The notes under the pieces were generated by a model. That model was not told the DNA's origin, did not search any database, and saw nothing but the letters and a program-made list of their open reading frames with translations. A DNA stretch of 64,000 nt from Trichoplax adhaerens (Eukaryota > Animalia > Placozoa), in assembly GCF_000150275.1 (NCBI RefSeq), contig NW_002060949.1, forward strand, positions 2,105,836 to 2,169,835. The letters run 5' to 3'. Within the stretch, counting starts at the first letter, position 1. Every line of letters begins with the position of its first letter. The position numbers and the translations under genes are program-made. Of the stretch, positions 42,216 to 57,206 are shown piece by piece.

Positions 42216-45200
42216 CTATAATTTATCTATCTTCATGGTATTCATTTGCTGTGCAAGTTCTTGACGCTTAATGCTAGCTAATATAATAGCTCACTGGATA
42301 GATCATATAGCAATAACGTTGATAAAGAAAATAATAAAAAATATTGGTCACTACCAACTTAATAGCATGAATGTGTCCACTGATGTGATAAGGATAATTG
42401 ATGTTATAGTTCTTACTATTTCGATACTATTTTAGAAATCGATGGAGAAAAATGAAATCAAAAGTTGTGGCAAATATGTTATAGGAGGCACCAGTAGATT
42501 AAGGCAATGATAATGATGGCCATCCCTGCTAAGCAGCCATAATGGTATAAGTAGGAGAGTTCTAATCACCTCATCAGCGCTGTTGTAGTTAAAGCAGCGA
42601 AAGTGCGATTAGTTGCTGGCCGCTTGTTTAACGTAGAGACACGAGATGATTTTAACGGCGAGAGAATAGGCTGCGTTGACATTAGGCCAGTTACTCTAAA
42701 GTTTTAAAATAATACTTCTAGTTAGTCTACATTTGGCGCAATTTCAACATTTACTTTACGCAGTAATTATATAAAAGACTGTCAATAAATAAAGTTCATT
42801 TCAACCTTAGTGGCTGTGTTATTCCACGTGTATGGAGGGATCTTAAATCATCGTTCCTAACTCCACCGGTTGTGGCAGCACGCACATGATTTTGAGACTT
42901 CAGTCGCCGTAGTTCATCGCCTTGGGATAAGGATTGCGATAGTGATGGCGTAGCTGGAGTATATGTTCTCGATGTATTACTGGAAGAAATCCTAGCTGCA
43001 CTTCTAGTATTATAATAAGATGTAGTTGATGGTCTGAATCCATAGCTAGACGTAGTAATAGTCTAGAAATTGAATAAAAACAATATTTAAAATCAGAAAG
43101 CAATAAACAGATTGAAATTCTAGTAGATTATTACAAAATTTTAATTTACTGGTTAGTCATTACCACAGTGAAATGAAATTATTTAATTTGAGAGAGATTA
43201 GCATTTTTTAACAGGCTATATTCGAGCATATTAAAAGTCAACACATATTCTTAATCAATATTTTATAAAGTCCTAACAGGAATCAAAGAAGTGAGATGCA
43301 AATGATTGGCCTTTACAAACACTATTAACTTTTTAATATCGATACATTCAGTTGACTAGACTGGACTATCGTTTAAAGGACAAAATGAACAAATTATTGA
43401 ATGTCCTGTATTAACGTTATTATCAATTCATTGAATAACAAACTCATTAAAGTAATATTATAATAAATCCGGCAATATCTATAAATTGTATTTTAGTTGA
43501 CGTTTGAAACAAGGACTAAAATGTTGATGCTGATGATTTAATGCAAGTCAATGTTATTAATGTCTTAATTATGTGGCACTAATTGAAATGATCTTACACG
43601 GAATAGCATAAGTAAAAATTATTTGTATTAGTGATACCGAATTCACTCTATCGTAAGTTCAATGCATAAAATGTACTTGAGCAATATCGTAATTATCAGT
43701 GAGCATTGAATAAATTGAATACAAACATATTAAGGTAATATTCCATAAGAGTTAGTGATAGTGCAGAAATACATAAGAGTAAATAATAATCAGTTTACCT
43801 CTTGTTTTGTCCTTCGAGGTGTCAGCGTTTTGCTAAGAGCACTAATGCCAGATGTCGAGCTACTCTTGCTAAGACCCATGTCTAGACCACTTGTTGGAGA
43901 GGAATAAGTAAAGAGATTTTTAATATCTCTACTATCTTCGATTTTAATCGTTTCCACTCCACTTGTAAGTTTATTGATCTCTACTGGATCACCTAGAAAA
44001 ATGAAAAAATCTTATAATTAATATTTTATAGTAGTACTGGCAATATTCTTGCCTGGCACAAATATGATGATGATTTACGAGAACGGTCATGTATAGACAA
44101 ATTACAGTATTTGCTGAACTTACTTTCATGCTTTTTATTTTGTACATCAAAGACCTCTCCTTCAATCCAGAGCAAGTTTTGTTTCCTATTAGATTTAAAC
44201 AATTTGTTGTAAGTGATTTTATGTAGAATTATATCTAATTTATAGCTATCAAGTGAAACAGATTACTATTATACTTACTCTTCTAAGAAATGCTGTTGAG
44301 GTCCGATAACCGATCCTGGACGGCAAATTCTATAAGACAAAGTCAAACTTATTACATTTCTTACATTAACTATAGATTAATAGCTCTGATACGATCCTAC
44401 CTTAACCAGCCAATGGCTTCTGATGCAGTAAATCGGTAATGCTTCATCAAATAGCAACCAAGAAGTGTTCCAGTTCGCCCAAGTCCGGCTAATTTATATT
44501 AATGAATTATTATTATATTATTTAAGAGTGCTAAGATATAACGATCGCTAGCTTATCGTGATTAAGATATTTATACGTGCCTAATATCTCTAAACATTGT
44601 AAATTTAAAAAACAAAATTTTATGACTTCGATTTACCTTTGCAATGTACAGCAATAGCGCCTACATTTTTCTCACATAATCTCAAAAACTCACTATACGG
44701 AAAAATAAAATATTAAATTGAAGTCGTAATTGCTCAATTGGGTAGAAAAAATTTTTCTATTTTGATTTCTATTTTTGCTTTTAATTTTATCAATTCAGAA
44801 CCTTTGATAGCTTTTCAATTAATAGACTAGAAATCATTTTTATTTTAATGTTTGTAAACTCGGAATTTAGGGTGCATTTCAACGAGATAACGGTATTATT
44901 CTAGATCACTTAGACGTATCCATATGTAGCGCAATTTTAATTTAGTATAGGACCTATTGATTGTATCACCTTATAACTTGCCACTTTCGATCAGACTTTA
45001 TTTACAAAATCAATAGTATAGTTTATGTTGTTTTTAAAAGAATCAGTTGTTATTAGAAAGGTTAATTTATCGATGCTTTATTTGGCAGTGTTGTTATTTC
45101 GTTATAATCTGTACTTAAGACTATATCTAGAAATCCGGATGCATTTTACGTTATTTTAGCGTATTCGTTATACAGTGTCAATACAGATTTTGTAAGTTTA

Positions 45201-48200
45201 TGATTTCTGATATTAAATCTGATCAGAACCAGATTTAATGAGTACAGGTGCTGTATGCTCGTCTCTACTTGTGTCGATCTATTCATTGTGTGAATTTAGT
45301 TTGTGCTTCTTAAACTGAGTGGTCATATAATTATCATGATCATCCTAATTACTATAAGCTAAGGCTAACTTAGAGTTTATAAATTAAGATTTAAGCTAAA
45401 TTATTTTTCTTGGAATTGAAAATTGATTGTTTGTAAGCATCTCTTACTAAATATTCTCATGTTTATAAGAATAGCTCAGATTTAAATGGATTTACTAGCA
45501 CTTTTACAACTTTCAAAGCAACATATGAAGCTTAAAGCAGGATGCTTTCTATCCAATCAAATCCATTATTGTCACTACTTAATAAAAGTAATTATGTAGA
45601 AATATAGGTTTGCCTATTTATCTGTTCCTTACTTTACAATTTTATCGCTTGGAGTGCTGCCATCGGTAAAGAAAAGGTCCTTGTGATCAATACCATTATT
45701 GGTGAATCGCTTAGCATCGTATATTTTTTTGTTTAGTCGAATGACAAATGTAATATTATGCTTATGAAAGTAGGAAATGTAGGCTTCTGGGGCATGTAAT
45801 GGATAGCCTACACAGGAGTAAAAAAAATCAAAGTGAGCTATAATCTTGATTTTGGATAATTAGCTACTGTTTTATTCTTTACCATTTTCTACTGTTGTTT
45901 TATCATGAGGTCCGCTAAATGCTAAAAATTTTTCTAGCAAATAAAATAAAGTATTAGAAATTAAGATAGCTCTATCTTGTTAGATGGTAACCTTTAATTA
46001 TTTTGTATACGCGTATATAGATTGTATAGATATAAATCGAAACCCAAAATGCTAAGAAATAAATTCATAACTTTTAAAGAGTAATCTATTCTAAACATAC
46101 TTGGTATAATCCAATTAAAGTCGCCATTTTCCACTTTCTAAAATGTTAAATAATAAAATAATTTGCTTATAAGAGTATCATTGGAACTGTATCGTATTTA
46201 AAGTAAAATTTGGTGATTTTCATGATTTCTTTAATTCAGAAATTGATCATGAAGAAAATAGTCAGGAATAAATCATAAAATTTACATTTAAAAAAATTCA
46301 TTTGAATTACATCATGTTTAATAAAATAAAGTAAGAGAGGTGATTTAGTAATTTCTTTTAATTTAGAATTAATCATATACGAGGTAGTCATACACAAATC
46401 ATAAACGTTTACGTATTAGTATACTATTTGAACTATATCCTATTTAATCAAAGTATAGCAAGAGGAACAATTTATAGCATTTCTTCTAAAGTAGAATTAA
46501 TCATATACGAGATAGTCTGGTGTGGAACCAAAACTGAATTGGCTATCTATGAATTCATTGGTACTATTTGTAAAATCTTAAATAGTACTAATTGCTTGCT
46601 AAGGCATTGCAGTGATATTTGTTCAATTTGGCAGTTCTAGGAGAATATTTGATGCCTTACTTCGTAATATTCGTATTCATCAACGTCGAAAGTGTCAAAG
46701 GAAACAAAACCATTGTCCATGCCCTAGAAGAAAGGCAATATCAAATATTAAAACATGATCTTAAGATAGAGTAGACAGCAATGTATTTAATAAGACTATA
46801 AGTAAGGAGAGCGGGTAGCAATCCTATTTACTCTATTCTACTTATGATGACTTCTGCTCTAGATTCTTTTTGAGCACTTATTTCTTACCTTTTTGAGAGC
46901 TTTAAGGCAATGCAAAATGGTTAAGTTGTAAGTAGATGGCCCATAAGAAGCGTCCCTAAATTTAATTGAAAAGAATAATTAGAGATATTCAAATAAACTA
47001 ATCATGACACATGGTAAGGTCAGTAAGGATTAGAAAATCAATCCTAATAGTGGCTAGTCGTTTAAGTTTATGAAGATATTTCTTGGGGTTAGTTTACTGA
47101 AGAAAATTCGTAACATCGTTAGATAGCATGCAATGTTTTCTTTCAAACGATCAGAATAGCTATTGTGATAGATGATGTTTCCAAGTTAAGGGTTAAAATA
47201 AGTGTTATAACTAGTCCAAGCTAATTGGGTGATTTGATAACTAGGCTTAAAGTTTAAAATGATTGCCTTGCTAGCTCTGTTAGCCTCGAAAACTCTAGTT
47301 ACTAGTAAGCCTAGTTTATCAGACTACTTGTTTACTTTTGTAGAGATTTGGCTTATTATACCGATGCGGAATACGTATTTTATGCTGAAACAATTTCCCA
47401 TCGGCGACATACTTATTCGATGTGTATATCAAGTGTAATAAAAGTAAGAAGGAATTTTAAAGCTAATAAATCTTGATTCAATATCATACGGTACGTGTAG
47501 AAAGAGTGGTCTCTCAGGATATGATCAGCCCAAGAAATGTTCTATAGTTGCTATTGCTATCATTAAAAGGTTTATTTTTAGGTCTATTGTATCTCCTGGT
47601 TATGCCATCTACTAAATATGTCTTAGCATCTCAATGAAATCTTGCACTGGAAAATGCTATAGTAAATCCGGTCGAAAATGGTAGGTTGTACAAGTCGTTG
47701 TGAGCAGTAAAAGGTTATAAACAAGCAAGAAAATGAGTTCGTTATCATACTACTTAAAACTAACAATCTTACCGGAATGGTAGGAATGGAGGTTTATTAC
47801 CATTTGTTAAAATATGATAGGCATCGTCAGGTGATTTTCTTAAACCAATAACCTAAAATTGAATTAACAAATTATTCCATAGTTGAGCTTTTAAGATATA
47901 ATGGAAATGAATAATAGAAACTATGGCAATGCTAATGATTGTGAGGCACTTTGGTAGAACCAAAAAACTGGACGGCAAAGTCAATGAACGAAATTTATTT
48001 TGAAGGATTATCAGTGGATGGATAAATTGACATGATTCCATTCCTCTTCTTTGACTCTATTTCATCCATGCATGTAAGAAATTGTTTGGGATTACTGTCT
48101 ATCTGACTGCAGCAGACAGCGGATTGACTCTGGAAAGAAGAACGGTAGCGACCGAAATCGTTTCTATGAATACATAAGAGGGCTTAAAACAACGCGTTAC

Positions 48201-51200
48201 TGTATTACCAAATTACAAAATAACTTTGGTAAAGAATTCTGATGCATCCTTATTGCTTATTATTTAATTCAGTGATTATAAACTTGGAGAGTGCTATTTA
48301 GGAAGAGCTCCTTTCTCCTGTCATTGTCTTCGTAATGTGAAAGTGCAACGTTCATCATTTCTTAGGATTTTATTCAATTAGAAAGGATGATATTAGGGAA
48401 ATTTGTTTTAAGTAGCTTTATTGTGATCTCAATATCTATAAAAAGATTTCCTATAGACCCGTTTTCTAATTGGGTTATTCGAGAACCAACGTAAGAAACA
48501 CTATCCTGTTACTTTAGCGTTGATTGACTGTTATTGTGATATTTTTGACGATTTGTCTTTAAAATCTGTCGTCGGTTGGACTAGTCATAGGATTCCCTAC
48601 AGGCCCATTTTCTAATTGGATTATGTAAGAATCAACATAAGCTACAATAGATCCTGTTATTTTAGCAATGATTGACTGTAAATTGTGGTATTATTAACGA
48701 TTTCTCTTTGAGAGCTGTCGTCGATTTGACTAGTTATAAAATTCCTTGCAAACCTCTTTTTGTAATTGGATTACGCGAGAGCCACCATAAGCTACAACAT
48801 CCTATTACTTTAGCATTGATTGACTGTAAATCGTGATATTATTGACAAATTATCTTTTAAGACCTGTCCTCGATTTGACTAGTAGTAGCATTCCTTACAG
48901 AACCATTTCTAATTGGATTATACGAGGACCACCATAAGCTACAACATTCTGCTACTTTAGCATTGATTAATTGTAATCGTAATATTATTAGTGATTTCTT
49001 TTTTAAGATCTGTCGTTGATTTGACAAATGATATTACATAAAAGCACCTTAAAATTCATTGAATAGAAAATAAGTCTATTCATCCTCAAAAACTATCATG
49101 TCTTGAGGCCATTTGAATTGACCCTATTCCACTCCTTATACATTTATTGAAGTGTTAGCTCTAAGCAGTAATATTATTAATTTCTTACCCTAAACTCTAA
49201 ATTGATCCAGCCTAACCTTTATTCTATCATGAGATTGCAGCATTATATCGCTACCGACTCAATTATTGAACTGTAACTTTTTTTGTCTCAAGCTGGATAG
49301 TTACGACTCGTTTCACAGCTTTCACTGGACGGATTCAATCCATTTCTGATCCATCATTAGATTGCAAGGCTTTGAAGCCTTTTACGTTAACTGCGTTGAT
49401 TTAACGATGCGCATTAAGTAGGAACCTTGATATTATCAATTCTATGAACGTTTGGCCTTTAAACGTAAATTTGATTTTGTCCATTTTTATATCTTATCCA
49501 AGGATTTGATTTCTTCTTGACTTCCTAAACATTTTACCTCTAGCTAGCATTTGTGTAATATAAAGTGCTCATAGATCACTTAATTTCAAAAGATCATCAT
49601 TTCTACCGTAGCTTTGGAGATATAAATTAAAGGAAGTGGAAATCGGGTAGAAAAGGCTAGTTTAGGTGATGCGACGTATTAAAAAACTTCTATACTTATG
49701 TAGCATAATTAAATTAGAAAACAATGTGAAAATTCGGGTAGGATTGACTTGTGTAGGTGCTGAGAAGTATTTTAAAACTTCTTTACTTATGCCACTTAGC
49801 TCAATAAGAAGGTACTCAGATTTGAACTCTTTTCTTGTTAATTTAACAGCATAGTTTAGCCTGGTTATATTTTCAAAGCGGTGTGAAGTAGACCTACAAT
49901 CAGACGCTCGTATGAGGGAAGACAATCTTAAATGGTTTAAAACTTAGTATCTTTCGTCTAACCATAACCTCATATAGTAACGGAATCTAATGTCTAGTTG
50001 AATGCAAAATACGGTTTTGATTCCAACAAAAAGCGATATTGCCTGTCTCTGCAAGTCTTTGCAAGCTAATACAGATTCAAAGAAGTCCTTAACTAGTTTT
50101 AGTTCCATTATAAAGAATTCGCCACTTGAATTTGGTAAAGGATGATATTGCAAACTACAGCAGTTCTTCAAAAGCTATGACAAATTTTAAAAGAACTCTT
50201 AACTAGTTCTAGTTCCGTCATTAAGAATCCTCTATTTGAATTTGGTAAAAGACGATATTGTGAATTATAGCAGTTACTCAAAATCTACGATAAATTTAAA
50301 AGAATTTCTAAACTAGTTCTAGTTCTGTTACAAAGAATTCGCTATTTAAATTTAGTAAAAGACGATATTGCAAATTACAGCAGTTATTCAAAGCTATGAT
50401 AAATTTAAAAGAACTCTTAACTGGCTCTAGTTTCGTTATATAGAATCTTCTATTTGAATTTGGTAAAAAACGATATTGTAAATTACAGCAGTTCTTCAAA
50501 CGCTACAACAGATATTAAAAAGGATTTCTTAACTAGTTCTAGTTCCGTTATGAAGAATCCACTATTTGAATCGAGTAAAAATGATATCAGAAATCATTAC
50601 AGTTCTCCAGAACGACTACATATTAAAAAAAATACTTAACTAATCCTATTTCCGTGTCGAAAAATCGACTGTCTAAGATCAATTGGTGACTATGAATAGG
50701 ATACCCCATAGGTTGTCATGATAAACTTGTCTACTTTTACAAAAGTTCGTTCGATGTCATCGATTGAGTGCCGTCAAAACAGCAATAAATAAAAATTGAA
50801 CCGTGATTTTATTTTAAAGGTACAGTTCTTAAATCGTGTTTAACAAATGGTTGAAAAGGAATTTTACGCCTCTTCTTTTAAGCTCAATAGACTAAGTGTT
50901 AGCCACTAAGCTTTATCGGGACGTGGTAAAATGATTAATTGTAGTACTAGCCAATGTTGAAGCGATCTAGATGAGTAAATTATGAAACTAAACAAATGCT
51001 TGAAGATGTCTAATAATTGACATTCAATTTGAATTTTGAAGAGGGAAAACAGGGTTGAAATCATATTAATATAAACAACTATTTTAAAGTCAATATTGTA
51101 GTTGATAAAATGTTGCTAGTCATGAATTAAAGAGTGCAAATCGTGTTAGATAGATAAATAATTACTGTATTGGGTACGATGCTGAAGTAAAATTTAATTT

Positions 51201-52851
51201 GTGTCCAATTTTTTCATGTAGAAAAATGATAAAATACCAAATCAATGAAGAAAGGAGGGATTTCCAATCCGGATCAATCTGATCATGCGGTATCATGATT
51301 TAAAACAACGAGAATGAGATAGATAGCTAGCGCAATCAAGTCTTGAAACCTACCATACCGAAAATAATCTTTCGTTGACGTTTAAAATCAAAATTTTAGG
51401 CGATATAGTAAGGAATGGCAGACGGAGGATGAATCACGATTGGAATAGTCATGAATGCTTAGGGGTGATTTTAAGATCGTTACAGTCAACGGAACGGAGA
51501 AATCATCATAGACAACAACGGTATTAATATCGATTTAGAGATTAAGTCAATAGGGAAAAAATTAATAACTTGATGAAAGTGGTACAAATATCGAAGGGGC
51601 AAAAAACCAATTTTGACTCGTGTTGATTTCTTTCATGAGTCGATGAGAACAGAAGCAATGACAATCATTTAAAAATAAAGCCGATATTTGCAAACAAGGA
51701 CAAGCAAGTATACATGCATGATAGGATTGAGAAGATTTCATCCCGGATTAAAAGCTAAATCTGATATTATAGGATAATCGCATGCATTCAATAAATGAGA
51801 AGTAACTTACCGAATAAGCCGCAATTAAAAATGCAGCATTAGCACGTTTCTTGCTGTCGTAACTTGTATAATGAACAATTTTCTTCTTAGCCAGTGTTGG
51901 AGACTACAATGGTAGTAAAATCAACAAGAGACTTTACGATATAACATGATAATTTAGCCAGCATTTGAAGTTGTCAATAATTAGCTTTAGACAGGAAAAG
52001 AACTATTCAAGACTTTCAATACAAAGTAACACCAATTATACTATCCTTTAAATATCATATTTAATGATGGTAACAGCTATGATCAAGTTTCAGTCAAGAA
52101 ACCGTAGTTGCATTTTATAATTTAAGAGTAGAAAGAGTTTCCTCTATTTTATTGGCATTACCTTCAATTTCTTGTTTAGTTTGCAATAGTAGCGATATAG
52201 GACAGCCATATTGACTGGACCAAAGTCAGAATAGAAACTAAATAACGATATATCAGGATTAGAATCGGCTTAGTAGTATCAATTGAAAATGACGATATTA
52301 AGAAATGCTTTTGCTAATGGATGCTCGAAAAGATGTTGATGTACTAACATATTAAATTAGGCTAACTATATTGGATCAATAATCGAATATGAAATAGACC
52401 GGTAGTGATCGATGAAAAGTGATGTAATTAACTTAACCACAAAGTCAATGCCATCGACTTACTTTTCATATTGAAATTCATGATCGATACTAAAATAGTG
52501 GACACCAGTGGAACTACGCGGTTTAGTTCGTAGTGTAACAAAATATAACCGACCTGAAATAGGCAGACGAATAGAAGAAATAGTTAAAAAGGAGTTACAA
52601 ATAAAGAAATGATGATTCAACTTATTCATCACTAATAGCAAGAGCTTATTTTTCTTTTTTTCCATTAAACTGATTAATTCGATAAACTACAAGTTGATGA
52701 CAATAACGTAAAGTAATCTCAGCCTAGTGATCCAATGGAGCTCTTTCAAGTGATCGATGATTGCCTTATAACAATCAACTTTACATTTTTTTTTCTTTTT
52801 ACCTTTTATAAATTCACTCGCTTCGTTCAAGATTAAACTTTCACTCATCAT
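42216..52851 (-). CDS. CDC14: CDC14 dual-specificity protein phosphatase
   Basis: Exons from 52851 ([16 protein letters not shown]) encode [73 protein letters not shown], the catalytic loop IAVHCKAGLGRTG (split across exons near 44640 and 44490), [12 protein letters not shown] and [10 protein letters not shown]. The 3' end is ambiguous: TGA at 42566 or a final exon 42273-42216. Confidence 0.93.
48446..49030. repeat. Four tandem ~145-150 bp units in a CDC14 intron
   Basis: Units start near 48447, 48592, 48740 and 48890 and share ttctaattgg.tta, cataagctacaa, tttagc.ttgattgactgt and ctgtcgtcgatttgactag. Confidence 0.92.
50080..50660. repeat. Five and a partial tandem ~110 bp units in a CDC14 intron
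   Basis: ttaactagttctagttccg..aagaat..tatttgaatttggtaaaa..gatattg..aattacagcagtt.ttcaaa recurs near 50080, 50190, 50300, 50410, 50520 and 50630. Confidence 0.92.
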
Positions 52852-54597
52852 GATTAAAAGTGATGATTAAAATATCATTAATAGAACCACCTTTTAATAC
52901 GTATAAAACAATAATTGGTAGAATCGATTTGGATGTTTTTTATCCCTTTCAACTTGACGTTAGTTTCTACCAGTAAGAATTAGACCAATATTTCGCTAGA
53001 TTAATGGATCCAGAGATGAAATACAAGCTTATATAAAAGAATATAAAATAAATGATGGATGAAATAATTCAACTAATGTAGAAATCACTCTACTCAAGAA
53101 AGCGCTCCGAAAAGTAATGTCTACAACTATAATCGAAGTAAAAAAGATTAGTCTATATCGAATAGGAACAAGTGACTGTTCAAATGGATTATTCACGTCA
53201 ACATGTAGATTAAAATGTGTTGCTTATTATACCGTAACTACTTAACTTGGAGGATGGTTTTTGATGATTGTAGTCTATCTACTTGATATTGTTTGTACTC
53301 AGGTTAATTATCTATTCTATTTTCATGATGATTTAATTCACATAATATTGCAGTCATGCTGTTCTAGTTCAACCTTATCCTTGTATAGATTGACTGCATT
53401 TCTAATTTAGGTAATCAAACTTGTATCTATCTTTCAATACAATCAATACTATTCAGTAAAGAAAAATAACAAATAATCGACGATAGAATAATACAACAAC
53501 GAGGTAAAATTTGGATTTGAATTGGCTTTAACAATAATGATTAGTTTTGGTTACTAACTGACGTTGCCAACCATGTGATCGGTTGTTAACCAATAACAAT
53601 AATTATCCCTCCAGGCAAGCTAACATCTTTATTGCCATCGATGGGTTTATTTTGACATGATATTAATACTAGTAGCCGTAAGATGATGAATGGAAATCAA
53701 TAGAACATTTGCTTCAGGCCAACTACTCATGTTGTATCCAGTTGCTTGTTACAAATCAACTAATTATTATTCAATTAAAATCGCGAAAAAGTCTTCAAGT
53801 TGTTTATTTGCTTGATCAATGATTGAAATCGCCATTTTTAAACAATCGATCGTCGACCAATTTTAATTATCTTGCTAATATTAGTTCGCATATAAGCTAA
53901 TTTGGATCTTATTTTAATCCGATGATTTTAGTTAATTTGTCTTGAGCTAGATCAATTCATCATAATCAATTGTTGTAGTGGAGAGAATTAACTGTTTAGT
54001 TTATATAATGATGATACTATCGACTACTGTCCTTCATCCGTTGAATAATATTTGGAATCAAAAATGAGCTAGACGGTGCCTCAAATAGTATTGGAAGTCT
54101 TGTCATAATTTTAAAATTATATTTACGTCTATGCACACCTAGGGATACTAGCTGTACTAATGCTTATCCATAGATTATTATCCTCTCTAAAGTCAGCCTT
54201 CATTTCCTATTCTGATTCTATTATCGACTATTCATACCTGTAATTAAATTTTAAACCTTTTTGTGATTATTTTCCATTCTTTAGAAGCTGGTAATTAATT
54301 ATCAGTCTGATCGGTCATAATCACTTTACGTAAATATTATCCATCAATCCACTTGATTATTTATTTATTATCGTGAAAAGAAATATCATACATAGTTGAT
54401 AAACTGTAGTGATTTCAGCTAATTATAGCAGTACCATCAAGTAGGTAGGTAGTGCTGGAAAGTAAAATAGACAGTTACGCTTAATAAAGTAATCGTGGAA
54501 GATGCCCAGTAAGAGCTTATAACCTCATTTACTGCTTTATCGTCGAGATTGGACTGTATTAAGCTCGCACACGTATAATATTATTATAACTAAACGT

Positions 54598-54825
54598 CGT
54601 CACTAATGACTTAAGGTAGTTATTACATATAGCAGATGAAATTTAATAAAAGCGACTATGAATATTATACTATCAGATTCGTTGTGGTCTTATTAGCTTG
54701 CTGATATTATGATAGTTAAATATCGCCACTAATAACGTACGGTAGTTGTTGCATATGGTAGATGAAATTTAATACAAGTGACTATGAGTATTACATTATC
54801 AAATTTATTACGGTCTTACTAGCCC
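54598..54825. repeat. Two-copy direct repeat, ~126 bp period
   Basis: cactaat..ggtagtt.tt.catat..agatgaaatttaata.aag.gactatga..ggtctta.tagc occurs twice. Confidence 0.8.
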
Positions 54826-57061
54826 ATTTCTATGTAAGTATAATCACGAAAGTGTATTCTTGGTTACAAAGTATAAAGCCTCATTAAAGCTACTAAGGAT
54901 AAGAAATACCAATTTTATGCGATCTGCTCTGTCCGCTCTTTGCAGCATTAATGTAGTAAAATGTTAGATTAATACTTAGCACTGTGCGATTCAACTGAGA
55001 TAATACTACGTAATTATTATCTAATCTATCTACAAACCTATCTATATGTATTTGATAAAAGAAATTTGGGGTGTATCATGATAAATAACGTAGAAGTTGA
55101 TATCAAGTTAGAATTAATCAAATTCGTGATGGATCTAGCATAACTATAGCATCGCTAATTGACTCTTAATGGAAAAATTTTACGATTTGTAAGAAATTTA
55201 ATTCTTCCTAGCCCTTTGTATGCTGTGCTACAGAAAGGTGATCTCACTACTTTTATTATTGAATTTATGGAAATAAGTGGTGTTGACAGTTATTGCATAA
55301 AGGTGGTTAAGGCAAATTGTGTAAATGTAGTTATGATACATTACACATAATTATAATACGTATATCGTAAAGGCTATGCGTACTTCTATTTAGTTCTTAT
55401 TTTTGCCGATAAACTATTTTATAAGTAGCTGATTAATACTTGCAGATGGTTTCTTGCAGCTAATTTAATTCTTATCAAGCGCTATATCAGTACAGAAATG
55501 CTGCATATTTTAACCTCTGATAATGTTTGACAATCACATTAGGAGTAAATATTCTAATTTTTCCATCCAGCTCAAAGCTATGCGTTCGGAGTGGGTTATT
55601 AGATCAATGTTGATGCAACTGATTGACAGTTATCCCACTACAATATTTTAATTAGAATCGTGTTGCATTATTTTCTGCTTAATAGTTCAGCATGGTATGC
55701 TACAATAACTTAAAAATTATTCATGGCAGTATTCATAGTGTGTACAGTGGGTGCTGGTACTAAGTACGTCTCTAGACCACAAAATAACAGTTTATCATGC
55801 AGTAATCGACTCAGTCTGTTTCATTCTAGTCGCATAATTGTATTCTATGTTCCTTTTTTAGCAGTGTAACTAGCATTTGCCAACGCACAGTATAGTACAA
55901 TGAAATCGATATTATAGATAACATATTAAATTAATATTTAAATTCAACTGAATTGTCAGGAATTGCTCATTGATTCACAGAGGAGGAAAAATCTTTTAAT
56001 GAAAAGATTTCATTTAAGATAATAAACATATCCTGGTGACTAAAATAATCAATCGATCGCGGGATAGAAAAATTTAAAATATTTATCGGCATGTTTACAT
56101 TTAATTATAGTAAAAATATCCAACGTTAAATTCTAATGTAGCTTGAGATAATGCCCTTAAAATTTTCATTAACTGATGTAATCATCGACATGCAATATAT
56201 AAATAATAATAAAATACTGTAGTACAGCCTCAAAATTACATTCCTATACGATAATAAATCTACCTCATACATAGATATTTCTACTACATTTATTACGCTA
56301 AGATTAGCTAACTATTTTAGGTTTGTTTATGAGTCAGTGATAAATTATACAGTAAACTAAAAAGTGTCAATATATTACGCGAAGTCTAACGAGCGAGGGA
56401 TCGACTAGTAATTTGGAACAATTGCATCATTTATCGTATCGGCCATTAGTAATTGAATGATCTTGTATCTACGATATTTATGCCGTACAAGGTGCCGGTA
56501 TCCTCACTCAGGATTTTAATATTCGCTGATTAACTCAACTTTCGAGCATAAACTAAATTTAATAACCAATTCTCCTTATCAGTGAGTAGATCCAGCAATA
56601 GTTATTGGTGTTGAACCATATCTTTATTAGGGATTAAATACAGCGATAATCTGTTGTTAACACCATAATATTACTTTGTTATACGTGTACATGAACATGC
56701 ATATGATTTCATTACCTAATGTCAGGTATTGTAAGATACGTTATCCATATTAATAGCAGTTTAAGCAGACTACAGTGGTATGAATACCTTTTTTTAAAAC
56801 TACATTGTAGCCAGCTCTACGTAGTTGCAGTTTTTTTTTACCTCGTATTACAACTTAGAATGATATATATGGCAACTTTTATAACTACTGTAATTAGTTA
56901 ATTTGGAAGAGGAATGCTCTCATACTAAGTGTTAGATATCTAATATACCTGACTGTAAATATTAACGGCATAAATGTGTGTATATGTAACGTATACAGGG
57001 GAAAAGAGTAGAGTACAATCAAAGTGTGAGCTATATTGTCCTAGTATCGATGATATAAACT

Positions 57062-57126
57062 GTAACCATCAATTATGCATTTTGCCAACATCAAATGGAT
57101 TTCAAATGCACAACTTCATTAGCAGT
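57062..57126 (-). promoter_or_regulatory. Eukaryotic type-II SECIS element in the 3' UTR of PRXL2C-like copy 1
   Basis: Minus strand reads ATGA-agttgtgcattt-g-AAA-tccatttgatgttggc-a-aaatgcataatt-GA. This gives the AUGA/GA core, a 12-bp helix, an unpaired AAA and a cca/tgg mini-stem, about 90 nt after the stop codon. Confidence 0.9.
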
Positions 57127-57206
57127 TTAGTATTATCAGCACTTGGACATTTTAAGCTTTAGATAGCTATAACTAAGTTTTACCAGTAAATGCGGTCCTC
57201 CTTTGA

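Noticed and set aside
49944-50639. ORFs with repeated MKNCC.LQY peptides
   Set aside because: These are translations of the 110-bp intronic tandem repeat, whose unit length does not preserve frame.
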